Of a DNA stretch of 64,000 nucleotides, positions 53,285-64,000 are shown in pieces. The stretch lies in NCBI RefSeq assembly GCF_001194135.2, contig NC_068999.1, positions 24,808,008 through 24,872,007 on the forward strand. The letters run 5' to 3'. The notes under the pieces are model-generated. The model was not told the origin of the DNA, did not search any database, and saw nothing but the letters and a program-made list of their open reading frames with translations. Both the position numbers and the translations under genes were made by a program. Every line of letters begins with the position of its first letter. The first letter of the stretch is position 1. The DNA comes from Octopus bimaculoides. Lineage: Eukaryota.

Positions 53285-53386
53285 CTTCCAGGAATTCATC
53301 TAGTTGAGTCATGTAGTTTTCTATTGATTCATCACTCTCCCTAAGGTGTATTAATCCTCCAACTGGCTTTGGATGGGCAAATAAAC
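53285..53386 (-). CDS. ATP1B: Na+/K+-ATPase beta-like exon (G)LFAHPKPVGGLIHLRESDESIENYMTQLDEFLE
   Basis: Minus-strand polyT-ctgtag acceptor and gtcagt donor; 102 nt, phase 1 to 1. Corresponds to the PGLGFRP...Y...L..FL segment after the beta-subunit TM helix and splices in frame to 51653. Confidence 0.8.
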
Positions 53387-54438
53387 CTACAGAAAAAAAA
53401 ACATTAAGAGTTTCAATGAAAATAAAATATCATACATATATAAATAAATATATATATATGTGAGTGTGTGTGTGCGTGTGTGTTACATTATATAATATAA
53501 TGTAACCACGTGTGTATCATTGGAGGTTTTCTTCCTCCGTCTTCCCTTCCCTTGGGCTTTCCTCTATTTCTGAAGAAGAGCTTTGCTCAAAACATTAAAT
53601 CCTCTTTCCTTCCTTTCCTGAGCATCTTATAATACACTACTGGTACCATATCCTCGCGTTATTGTCTTTCCTTGTTTGTTCTTCTTTGTTTGGATTCACT
53701 ATATATAATATATATATACAGGTGCAGGAGTGGCTGTGTGGTAAGTAGCCTGCTTACCAACCACATGGTTCCAGGTTCAGCCCCACTGCATGAAACCTTG
53801 GATAAATGTCTTCTACTATAGTGTCGGGCCGACCAAAGCCTTGTGAGTGGATTTGGTAGGCAGAAACTGAAGGAAACCCATTGTATCATCATCATCATCA
53901 TCATCGTTTAACGTCCGCTTTCCATGCTAGCATGGGTTGGAAGATTTGACTGAGGACTGGTGCAACCGGATGGCTACACCAGGCTCCAATCTAATTTGGC
54001 AGAGTTTCTACAGCTGGGTGCCCTTCCTAACGCCAACCACTCCGAGAGTGTAGTGGGTGCTTTTACGTGTCACCCGCACGAAAACGGCCACGCTCGAAAT
54101 GGTGTCTTTTATGTGCCACCCATATATATATATAAATATATATATATATANNNNNNNNNNNNNNNNNNNNNNNNNNNNNNNNNNNNNNNNNNNNNNNNNN
54201 NNNNNNNNNNNNNNNNNNNNNNNNNNNNNNNNNNNNNNNNNNNNNNNNNNNNNNNNNNNNNNNNNNNNNNNNNNNNNNNNNNNNNTCGTAACTTAGTGGT
54301 CCGACAAAGTACTAGAATAAGTACTAGGCTTACAAAGAATAAATCCTGAGGTCAACTTGTTTGACTAAAGACAATGCTCCAGCTTGGCGACAGTCAAATT
54401 ACTGAAACAAATAAAAGAAAAATAAAAGAAGAAATATG

Positions 54439-54483
<45 letters not shown>

Positions 54484-55050
54484 CAACCATACATACTTGA
54501 TGTACACAGCTTGTGTGTTTGCAGATAGGTTGTGATTAGGCATGTTGGAGATTACTCACTCAAAGTGCCTGGTATTCAAACACTTGGAAATCATGGACAG
54601 ACAAGATAATTCACCCCAAATCCCATTCAGCAGTGATGAACATTGATGTTTTGACATTTTTGTAGTTTATCAACATCACTTACCCAAACCAAATCAGAAG
54701 TTAATTGCAAAACCAGTCCATGGCTTATATGCATATTGTGTAAAATCTATGTGTTGGTATGCCCCAACAATGCATACATAAGAATAAATTCAAATATGAA
54801 ATAGAAGCAGTGCAAGAGTGATAAACATTATTGACCACATATACTTAACATACATTACATGACCTGTGTGTTTGCCGGTAGGTAAAACAACTCACCCCAA
54901 ATCCCATTTAACATTGATGTTATGCCATTTTTGTGGCTTATTAACACCATGCATCCAAAACAAATTGGATGTGACCACACAAGCTAATATGTGTGGTTGA
55001 TAAAGCTTATTACATCAGCACTTCTTCTACTTCATATTTGAATATATATA

Positions 55051-55522
55051 TGGTAAGAAGCTTGCTTCCCAACCACATAGTTATGTGTTCAGTCCCACTG
55101 CATGGCACCTTTGGCCAGTGTCTTCTACTATAGCCTCAGGCTGACTAAAGCCTTGTGAGTGGATTTGGTAGATGGAAACTGAAAGAAGCCTATCATATAT
55201 ATGTGTGTGTGTATGTATGTATGTATGTGTATGTGTGTGTATGTGTGTGTGTGCACATGTGTGTGTGTGTGCGCATGTGTGTGTGTGCGTATGTGTATTT
55301 GGGTGTGTGTCTGTGTTTGTCCCCCCCATCATCGCTTGACAGCTGATGTTGGTGTGTTTATGTCCCTGTAACTTAGCGGTTCAACAAAGTAGACTGATAG
55401 AATAAGTACTAGGTTTACAAAGAAGAAGTCCTGGGGTCGATTTGTTTGACTAAAGGTGGTGTTCCAGCATGGCCACAGTCAATTGACTCAAAACAAGTAA
55501 AAGAATAAAAGACTATAAAAGA
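55051..55522 (+). mobile_element. SINE family B copy
   Basis: tggtaagaagcttgcttcccaaccac...ggcacctttggccagtgtcttc...aaacaagtaaaagaa. Another plus-strand copy at 53722-54420 is interrupted by an RTE tail and a gap. Confidence 0.85.
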
Positions 55523-55769
55523 ATATATATATATTAATTGAAGTGTACAGTATTATATATCCATTACGGTTGATCTTACCAATCGATTTTGCCCTAGGGG
55601 TTCAACAGAGTGTTAGGTAACAGTTCAGTTATGTAACCCTGTGTATATATAATGTAGGGTAAAATCCCAGCTGTTTCCTCTTGAAGCATATCTGCTTATT
55701 CCATTATTACAATCCAGTATGTAGTTGCTATCATTTTAATATAGATGAAAATTACATATTCTTTTCTAC

Positions 55770-56210
55770 TCTAGGCACAAGGCCCAAAATTTTTGGCAAG
55801 GGGGGGGGGGCAGTCGATTAGATCGACCCCAGTATGCAACTGGTACTTAATTTATCAACCCCAAAAGGATGAAAGGCAAAGTCGACCTTGGTGGAATTTG
55901 AACTCAGAGCGTAAAGACAGATGAAATACCACTAAGCATTTCGCCCGGTGTGCTAACGTTTCTGCCAGCTCATTGCCTTTGAAAATGTACTAATGATCCT
56001 TTCTACTCAAGGCACAAGACCTGAAATTTTCGGGAGGAGGATACTCGATTACATTGACTTCAGTGTTTTACTGGTATTTAGTTTATCGACCCCGAGAGGA
56101 TGAAAGGCAAAGTCAACCTTGGCGGAATTTGAACTTACAACGTTGCAACAGGCAAAATACTGCTAAGTATTTCGTCCAGTGTGCTAACAATTCTTCCAGC
56201 TCGCTACTTT
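55770..56210 (-). mobile_element. Two tandem SINE family A copies
   Basis: Two consecutive reverse-complement matches to the 5445-5657 copy. Confidence 0.85.
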
Positions 56211-56258
56211 AAAACTTAGAAAATGTTGTTTGCAGAGTTTTAGTATATCAAACCAGAA

Positions 56259-56405
56259 AGTTGGAAAATTTATTGGTATTATTTATTCACCATTACACAC
56301 GTTTCATTTGCTAACATTTTACATGTTAGATAAAACTTTGTACTGCTTATTAGCAAATGAAACATATGCAATGGTGAATAGATAATACCAATAAATTTTC
56401 CAACT
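56259..56405. repeat. Inverted repeat (56-bp arms, 35-nt spacer)
   Basis: 56259-56314 versus 56350-56405, four transition mismatches. Confidence 0.92.
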
Positions 56406-56426
56406 CCTTGTTTTGTTTCATATATG

Positions 56427-56465
<39 letters not shown>

Positions 56466-57451
56466 GTAAATAAATATGTCTATGAGTATGTTTGTGTACA
56501 AAGAGAAACTGCAATAACAATTTTAAAAGCCTGCATTCCAAATTAAATTTTATTTTGACAGTTTAAGTTGAAGGTGCATCAATTGAAACTCTAATCATAA
56601 AACAAGAGAAATAAATAATATTGACATGATATGATGAATTTTTCAGGAAAAAATACTGAGATAATTTTTCATTTATTTTATTTGTTATATTTTTGTAATG
56701 AAACTATAGTATAAACCTTGATTATTTTTCCTAAAATATTGAACTGTCAGTCATACATTCCTTACAAAAGGTATTCTTTCACTTCTCACTTCTTTATTCT
56801 TTCGCTTCTTACTTTCTTGATGCTGAACTACAGCATGTTACATGTACTGTTAACAATCTTACCAACAAAACATCTTAATTTTATTTATCTCTGATTATTT
56901 CCTTTACTTTTTACTATTTTATACTCATTTTTTCTCAAAGTTTGCTTGAGTGGGCATGTGTACCATGGTTCAATTATATTATTACACCTAAATACTCTTC
57001 TTAAGACACAGAACCTATTTTTTTCTTTCACATAGGCAAACTATAACATACAAAGCAAAATGTTTTATAAGGAAGACCTGAACTTATGACTGCTACTGCC
57101 TCTTACATTTCCTTATGAATTAAAGTTTACATGATTAGTAAATAAATAACTAAATAAATTGATAAAAAACCTTTCAAATATTCTTTAATACAAAACCTTT
57201 CAAATATTTTTAATATAAATTTGTTTGACACATTTCAGGTATCCCATTTACTATATCAGCAATGTGTAGTTTGACAGATTAAAAGAGATTATTTCATCAA
57301 AAGAATAATTTGTATAGTTTTGTAGTTCAACTAAATTTGTGTATACCATATGTTGCATGGAGAAATATGTCATATGTCACATTATTTTAATATAACATCC
57401 TCTACCTGCCAGCTAGCTAAAGTTGAAAAAACAAAAATCCTCTTGTAAACA

Positions 57452-57515
<64 letters not shown>

Positions 57516-59257
57516 NNNNNNNNNNNNNNNNNNNNNNNNNTATATATATATATATATATATATATGTACAAACACACACACACACACTTCACTCACTTTA
57601 GAATAGGGAAAAACACTTTTCTGTAAAACATCAAATATTCTGTTTGAAAGAATTACTATGGTTTTGCATAGCTTTTAAATTGAGATACGTTTTCATATAA
57701 TGCAATTATGTATATATGTTCATTTTTGTGTAATGAAATTATATACAATAATACATGAATATTTACATGATAACACAGTTAAAATAGTGATATGGGCAAC
57801 TGCTCAGTTGTGATAGAAATAAAATGGTTTGCATTAGAAACAGTATTCTGCTATATGAGACCATTTCTAAGAGTGGAGCTACCATTGTTGTGTGCAAAGT
57901 ATAACACTACTCTGTAATTTATATTAACATAATCAATAAAACACCAATAATAGCATACAAAATCCTTTACACCGAGCATAAATACCTAACTTAACTAAAA
58001 CTTATCTTGCCTAAACTGCTCACCTATCCTTAACATGAACCACTTCGATGTTTTTAATATAATTTTAATTTTAGAGCTGAACTACTTCACCATATGAGAT
58101 TCAAATAACTATTATGCAAGATATATAAACTTGAATATGGGTATAGACTAACTTTATAACATAAATCAGGGCTTGCAAGAAGCTAATAAAATACATCATA
58201 AAATAAATACATAACAAACAGTAACTAGTAAATGCAAACTCATAAAACTTTGGTAAAAATACTTAAAACTTTTAGGCACATACATAACATGTGTGTGTGT
58301 GTGTGTGTATAAAATCATTAGCACGTTAGGTAAAATATAATGTAAGTGTGCACATGTATGTTGTATAAATGGCAGAAGTTAACTTAGTCTGAGTATATCT
58401 TGGAAAGTGGTAAATTTCTTGGATATTATCATTGAAATGAACAAAGAGAGTTCATGGAGTTTCTGGCCAGTTCCAGAATTAAGCAAGCTTTGTTTAAACC
58501 ACCTCTTATAAGCACTTCTTGTTTAACAGGTGAGCAGTGCTATCCTTGGAAATGGGTTAATCAGTCAATCAAGATGCTAATTAATTGATTGTGCCATAGC
58601 ACAATCAATATTCCGAGCTGCCATTCTGCAGATTTACAATTATAAACTTCAAAAAAGTCAGGTCTGTTCATTGCACTACACCACTTTGCCATAGAACTTT
58701 TTCCAAAGTGTGTTTTCCAAGAAGTTCCTGCACATGAAATTGATTATAGTGAGTGAAGTGTGCACAAAGTTGCATTCACTTTTCAGGTAGAACAACTTTC
58801 CTTTCAGCAGCCCAGCATTGGCTGTGACAAGCTGAATGATTCTATCTTCAAGATAGACATTTAACAAGAAATAGAGGTCCATCATTCTGAGGTAGTTTTG
58901 TGATGCACTTGTTCAGCATCACATTTATTTCTATGTCCCTGTGAAATTATTAGGTGTTGAACTAATGTTGGGTTCTTCCAACCTGTTGACTGATATTGTT
59001 TTTTTGTCCTGCTAATTTTGAACACCCCCATCGCTGCACAAGCCTCGTTGGAAAGCTGGTTTAGTTAGCAACCATCTTACCAGCAGGTTGTACAGAACTA
59101 CACATTACCAGTAGCATTTGTGAACAACCAGACACATATCACATATCTATACATCCATCCATCCGTCCGTCCGTCCATCCATCCATCCGTCCCTCCATCC
59201 ATCCATCCATCCATCCATACATACATACATACATCTATCCATACATACATACATATA

Positions 59258-60152
59258 CTGGGTCATCCCATAAATAATGCATTTTTTAAAATATTTCTAT
59301 TATTTTTCAAAATTAAACAAAGTTCTTTTGTAATCTAAAATATACTCGCCTTCATTTTCTACAATACTCTTCCATCTATTTGGATTCATTTGTCCACGAT
59401 GAAAAACACTTCTCCAGCACTGTTCTGACCTTGTTTACAGAATTCATATTTTTTCCGTCCAAATCATTTTGAAGACTGCGGAATAAATGATAATCAGATG
59501 GGGCAATGTCCAGCAAGTAGGGTGAGTGGGGCATCGTTTCCCATTCAAACTGCTCCAGCCTTTGGAATGTCATCCTCGCTGTATGTGGCCAAGCATTATC
59601 CTGATGGAAGAACACCTTTCATCTTGAAACCAAAGATGGTCAATTTTCTTCTAGCGCAGGTGTTGATGAATGGTTGAATGACCAAATTCAAGCTTCTCTC
59701 CTAGTTCTTCAACAGTTACGATGGGATTTTGTTCCACCAGGGTTTGCAGGATGTCCTCGTTGAGATCTACAGATCTTCCAAGATGAAGCTCATCTTCGAG
59801 GCTGTAGTTTCTAGCTTGGAATTTCTGGAACCACCGTTGACACTGGCTTGTGTTTATTGTCCAATCCCCATATACTGCATTAATATTCCTCACACTTTCT
59901 GTTGAATTGTTGCCTTTAATGAATCAATAAAGCAAAATATGCCAAATATGCTCCTTTGTCACTTTCATTATAGCTTTGAAAAAGTAACTGTTAAAATCGA
60001 ACTGCACTCTTCAAAACTTGCATTAAAAATAAGTACAAGGTAAAATTATTACCTGCCTTTATAGCAAATTGGTGCAGGTAGTTTATCCCGTTCCCCTCCA
60101 ACTTTTAGTTCATGCAATTGAAAAAAACAGCATTATTTGTGGGATGACCCAA
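59258..60152 (-). mobile_element. Internally deleted mariner (895 bp)
   Basis: TIRs tgggtcatccca[t/c]aaataatgc with TA on both sides. The HTH region joins directly to HQDNAWPH...PYLLDIAPSDYHLF; the first catalytic Asp region is missing. Confidence 0.92.
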
Positions 60153-60786
60153 TACATACATTAATCCACACTGAGAAGATATTCTGTAACATTACCAAGT
60201 TCACACAACCATTTTCTTTAAATGTTAAATTTAATTTTGCTAAGAATATCCCAGCCTTTATTGATAAGCATTTCTTACAGGCATATGGAACAATGCAACA
60301 GAAACAATCTTAAACTGAATGACAGTTGCAGTGTTTATATGAAGAATTTAACAAATAAACCAATATAATTAACTGAGGCTAAATGTTCATTCAGAAATAT
60401 TATTACATGCCTCTTGATTATCATGTTATACTTAAGAAATCATATACAATGGAAAAATCCTCTTCTCAAAAACCAAACATTGATGGAGTATATAAATACT
60501 ATGCAGGTATGATGAAAGGTAAATATAAACATTGATACTTCAATCATATTCATCTTTCAGACATATAGAAATGTTGAACCTAACAAAATTTTCCATTTAC
60601 AGTCAGCATTTGAAATAACATGGTACTAATTTCAAAATCTCAGAGAAGATCCTTGAGGGGAGTTGTCTATGCAGGCATAGAATGAGATAGATAGACAGAG
60701 GTAGATTGAAATTAATGAACATTACTGAACTCACTACATTCTTGTAAGATATTAACATAATCTTTCACTCTGACTGGGGCACCACC

Positions 60787-60824
<38 letters not shown>

Positions 60825-60878
60825 TCATAAATATACAGGGATTAGCAATTGAGTTGCTTCTCCAACATACTGAAAATT

Positions 60879-61052
60879 CAGAAATAGCAGTCAAAGAACT
60901 ACTGATTCCAAACTACAAATTTTCTCTAAAGCGGATGGCGATATTTATGGCACACATAGAACAAATTTATTTATGTGTGCCATAAATATCGCCATCCGCT
61001 TTAGAGAAAAATTTGTAGTTTGGAATCAGTAGTTCTTTGACTGCTATTTCTG
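60879..61052. repeat. Inverted repeat (about 80-bp arms) abutting an N gap
   Basis: 60879-60958 versus 60972-61052, one indel. Confidence 0.88.
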
Positions 61053-61381
61053 NNNNNNNNNNNNNNNNNNNNNNNNNNNNNNNNNNNNNNNNNNNNNNNN
61101 NNNNNNNNNNNNNNNNNNNNNNNNNNNNNNNNNNNNNNNNNNNNNNNNNNNNNNNNNNNNNNNNNNNNNNNNNNNNNNNNNNNNNNNNNNNNNNNNNNNN
61201 NNNNNNNNNNNNNNNNNNNNNNNNNNNNNNNNNNNNNNNNNNNNNNNNNNNNNNNNNNNNNNNNNNNNNNNNNNNNNNNNNNNNNNNNNNNNNNNNNNNN
61301 NNNNNNNNNNNNNNNNNNTATATATATATATGTATATATATATATACACATATATGGAAGTTTGGATTAGGTGATGAAAGT

Positions 61382-63262
61382 GAGGTGCCAAATTGTTGGA
61401 TCAGGTGATGAGAGTTATGGAGAGAGTCATATCCCAACTAACTAAGGAGAGAGTTAGTCTAGATAAGATTCAGTTTGGTTTTATGCCAGGAAGAAGGACC
61501 ATTGATGCTATATTTCTGGTAAGGCAGCTGCAGGAGAAATACATAGCCAAAGATAAACCTCTGTACTTGGCTTTTGTTGACTTGGAGAAAGCTTTTGGCA
61601 GGGACCCCTGATCCCTGATCTGGTGGTCAATGCAGAAACTAGGGATAGATGAGTGGTTGGTGAGAGCTGTACAAGCCATGTACAGAGACTCTACCAGTAA
61701 GGTGAGGGTTGGCAATGAGTACAGCAAAGAATTCAGAGTACAAGTAGGGGTTCATTATAGTCCTCCAGGCAATAACAGAGGAATTCAAGACAAGCTGCCC
61801 CTGGGAGCTCCTCTATTCTAATGACCTTGCTCTTATAGCTGAATCACTACCAGAACTAGAATCGAAGGGCCTTAGAGTTAACCTAGCAAAAACCAAAGTC
61901 TTAGTAAGTAGGAAGGCAGACAATCACAAATCCCTTCAGGTAGATGACCCTGCTCAATATGTAGAAAAGGCATAGGTAGAAGCTCCCTAAGATGTACCCA
62001 GTGTAAGACCTGGACACATAAAAGGTGCAGCAATATCAGGGGAAGGTTAACAGAGAAAATAGCTTTTGTACGTGGAAGCTGTACAGGTACAGTAAACAGA
62101 AAATATACAGAAAAAGAGACTCCATTAACTGCCAGTGGGGCAAGCTAGAGGTAGTAGATAGCTTCCATTATCTAGGTGACCAAGTTAGTAGCGGAGGTGG
62201 ATGCTCCGAGAGCATAGCTGTGAGAATAAGATTAGGCTAGGCAAAGTTCAGAGAGCTCCTAGCTCTGCTGGCAACAAAGGGCCTCACTCTCAGAGTGAAA
62301 GGCAGATTGTTTGATGCCTGTGTGCAAACAGCTATGCTGCATGACAGTGAAACAGGACATGGGTAGGCTCAAGAGAAATAAAGCCAATATGCTTCGCTGG
62401 ATGTGCAATGTCAGTGTGCATGTTCAACAGAGTGTTGAGAGAAAAGTTAGGGATAAGAGGAATCAGATGTGGTGTGCAAGAAAGACGACTGCACCGGTAT
62501 GGTTGTGATGCATATGGACAAGGACAGCTGTGTAAAGAAGTGCTGATCTCTAACTGTGGAGGGAACCTGTGATAGAGGTAGACCCAGGAAGACATGGGTT
62601 GAAGTAGTGAAACATGACCTTTGTACTTTGAACCTCACAGAGGCAATGACTAGTGACTGAGATCTTTGGTGATGTATACTGCTTAAGAGGACCCATCAAG
62701 CCAAATGCACCTGTGCTTGTGACACATAAAAGATTAACCTTTGAACGTTGGGCTTCATGGAGGCAAAGTGGCTGAGTTCCTTTCGAGTTCTGGGCCTCAT
62801 GGAAGTATAGTGGCTGAGTTCCTTTCAAGCATTGGGTCTCATGGAGGTAAAGTGATTGAGTTCCTTTCGTGTGTTAGGCCTCACGAAGGTGAAGTGGCTG
62901 AGTTCCTTTCGAGCACTGGGCCTCATGGAGGCTAAATGGCCAAGTTCCTTTCAGGTGTTGGGCCTCACAGAGGCAATGACCAAGACCTTTGGCATTTTGT
63001 CATACTTGAGTAGAAGACTCATCAAGCTGAGCAAAATTGCAGTTGTGGCAGATACTGGTGTCATGCAAATGGCACCCATACTGGTGGCATGTAAAAATAC
63101 CCATTACACTCTCAGAGTGGTTGGTGTTAGGTATGGTATCCAGCCATAAAAAACCATGCCAAATCAGACTGGAGCCTGGCGCAGCCTTCCAGCATGCCAG
63201 CCCAGTCAAACCATCCAACCCATGCCAGCATGGACAATAGACGTTAAATGACGATGGTGATG
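61382..63262 (+). mobile_element. RTE-clade LINE, 5'-truncated, with 3' UTR and degenerate (GAT)n tail
   Basis: QFGFMPGRRTIDAIFLVRQLQEKY and FVDLEKAF motifs; same family as 12614-15260; ends in acgttaaatgacgatggtgatg. Confidence 0.92.
62748..62976 (+). repeat. 42-bp minisatellite (about 5.4 units) inside the RTE 3' region
   Basis: Units start at 62748, 62790, 62832, 62874, 62916 and 62958; consensus ttgggcctcatggaggNaaagtggctgagttcctttcgagca. Confidence 0.92.
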
Positions 63263-63332
63263 ACTAGGATGTTAGAAACACCAACATTGCTAGAAATAAG
63301 AGCTAATGTAGATGTTTCTAACACCCTAGTCA
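63261..63332 (-). repeat. 72-nt imperfect hairpin (about 31 bp stem, 9-nt loop)
   Basis: tgactaggatgttagaaacaccaacattgct pairs with agctaatgtagatgtttctaacaccctagtca. Confidence 0.85.
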
Positions 63333-63760
63333 CATTTAGTGACGATTATAGTTTTCCTTTTTGATGAAACATTGCAAACTGCTGTCTACATTAATTTTAT
63401 ATACACACACACACATGTTACTTAATCAGTAGAATGTACAGAGGGACTCAGGGTCTGAAAGTTTCATGTATTGGTACTTATTAAATGTACCAATGCATAA
63501 AACTCTCGACCCTTGAATCACCCTGTAATTTTTACTGTTCAAACATATACATATATATTATCTGAAATATATTAAATATCCATCATGGCTAGTCTTACCA
63601 ATCGGTTTCACGTGAAGAATACAATGGAGTGTTTGGTAACAAACTGATTATATAACTTTATGATCATCAGAGTTAGCTTATATGGAAGGGAATATGGTGA
63701 CTGATCTCTATTCTCTTAGATAACTCACGTGCGTACATACATACATATATATATATATAT

Positions 63761-63912
63761 ATTTGAAGATAAGCAACAAAAATTCAATAGGTTATAGCAG
63801 TACGTACGTTTCGTACAAGCTCCATTTATTCATGTAGTGAGAACTAAATGGAGCTTGTACGAAACGTACGTACTGCTATAACCTATTGAATTTTTGTTGC
63901 TTAACTTCAAAT
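63761..63912. repeat. Near-perfect inverted repeat (68-bp arms, 16-nt spacer)
   Basis: 63761-63828 versus 63845-63912, one mismatch. Confidence 0.93.
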
Positions 63913-64000
63913 TTTATTCACCAAATCTCTTGATTTTGTTTTTGGTTTTTTACCCTACCAAATTCTGGTGTCTCAAACATTTTAAGTACCACATTTAATC

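Noticed and set aside
58676-58885. 69-aa minus-strand ORF
   Set aside because: No recognisable motif and no splice-compatible link to the beta-subunit exons.
17971-61437. Long ORF calls such as 28698-29727, 35038-35723 and 44690-45607
   Set aside because: They are artefacts of N gaps and (TA)n/(CA)n/(CATA)n microsatellites.
62748-62976. CRISPR-like array
   Set aside because: The units are contiguous with no unique spacers, in a eukaryotic LINE context with no cas genes.

Overview
AT-rich, microsatellite- and transposon-dense animal genomic DNA with several assembly gaps. The SINE/RTE repertoire looks like an Octopus-type cephalopod genome (inference). Two convergent, partially contained spliced genes are supported by splice-phase-consistent exons: the last six exons of PCID2 (PCI-domain TREX-2 subunit, + strand, 579-8947) and three exons of a divergent Na+/K+-ATPase beta-subunit-like gene (- strand, 53386-33024). 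One internal beta-subunit exon was not found, and the transmembrane exon was not found in the window. The rest is decayed mobile DNA: two RTE LINEs carrying a PHD-like finger inside the RT region, CR1/L2, R4/Dong-like, Tx1-like and Penelope fragments, four mariners, a DD37D maT element, several MITE families and tRNA-derived SINEs. The most interesting leads are a candidate poison exon in PCID2, intronic hairpins (one pre-miRNA-like) whose mismatches become G-U pairs on the transcribed minus strand, and a young Tx1-like LINE sitting in a (TTA)n tract. I see no firm evidence for a wholly new biological system; these are hypotheses to test.
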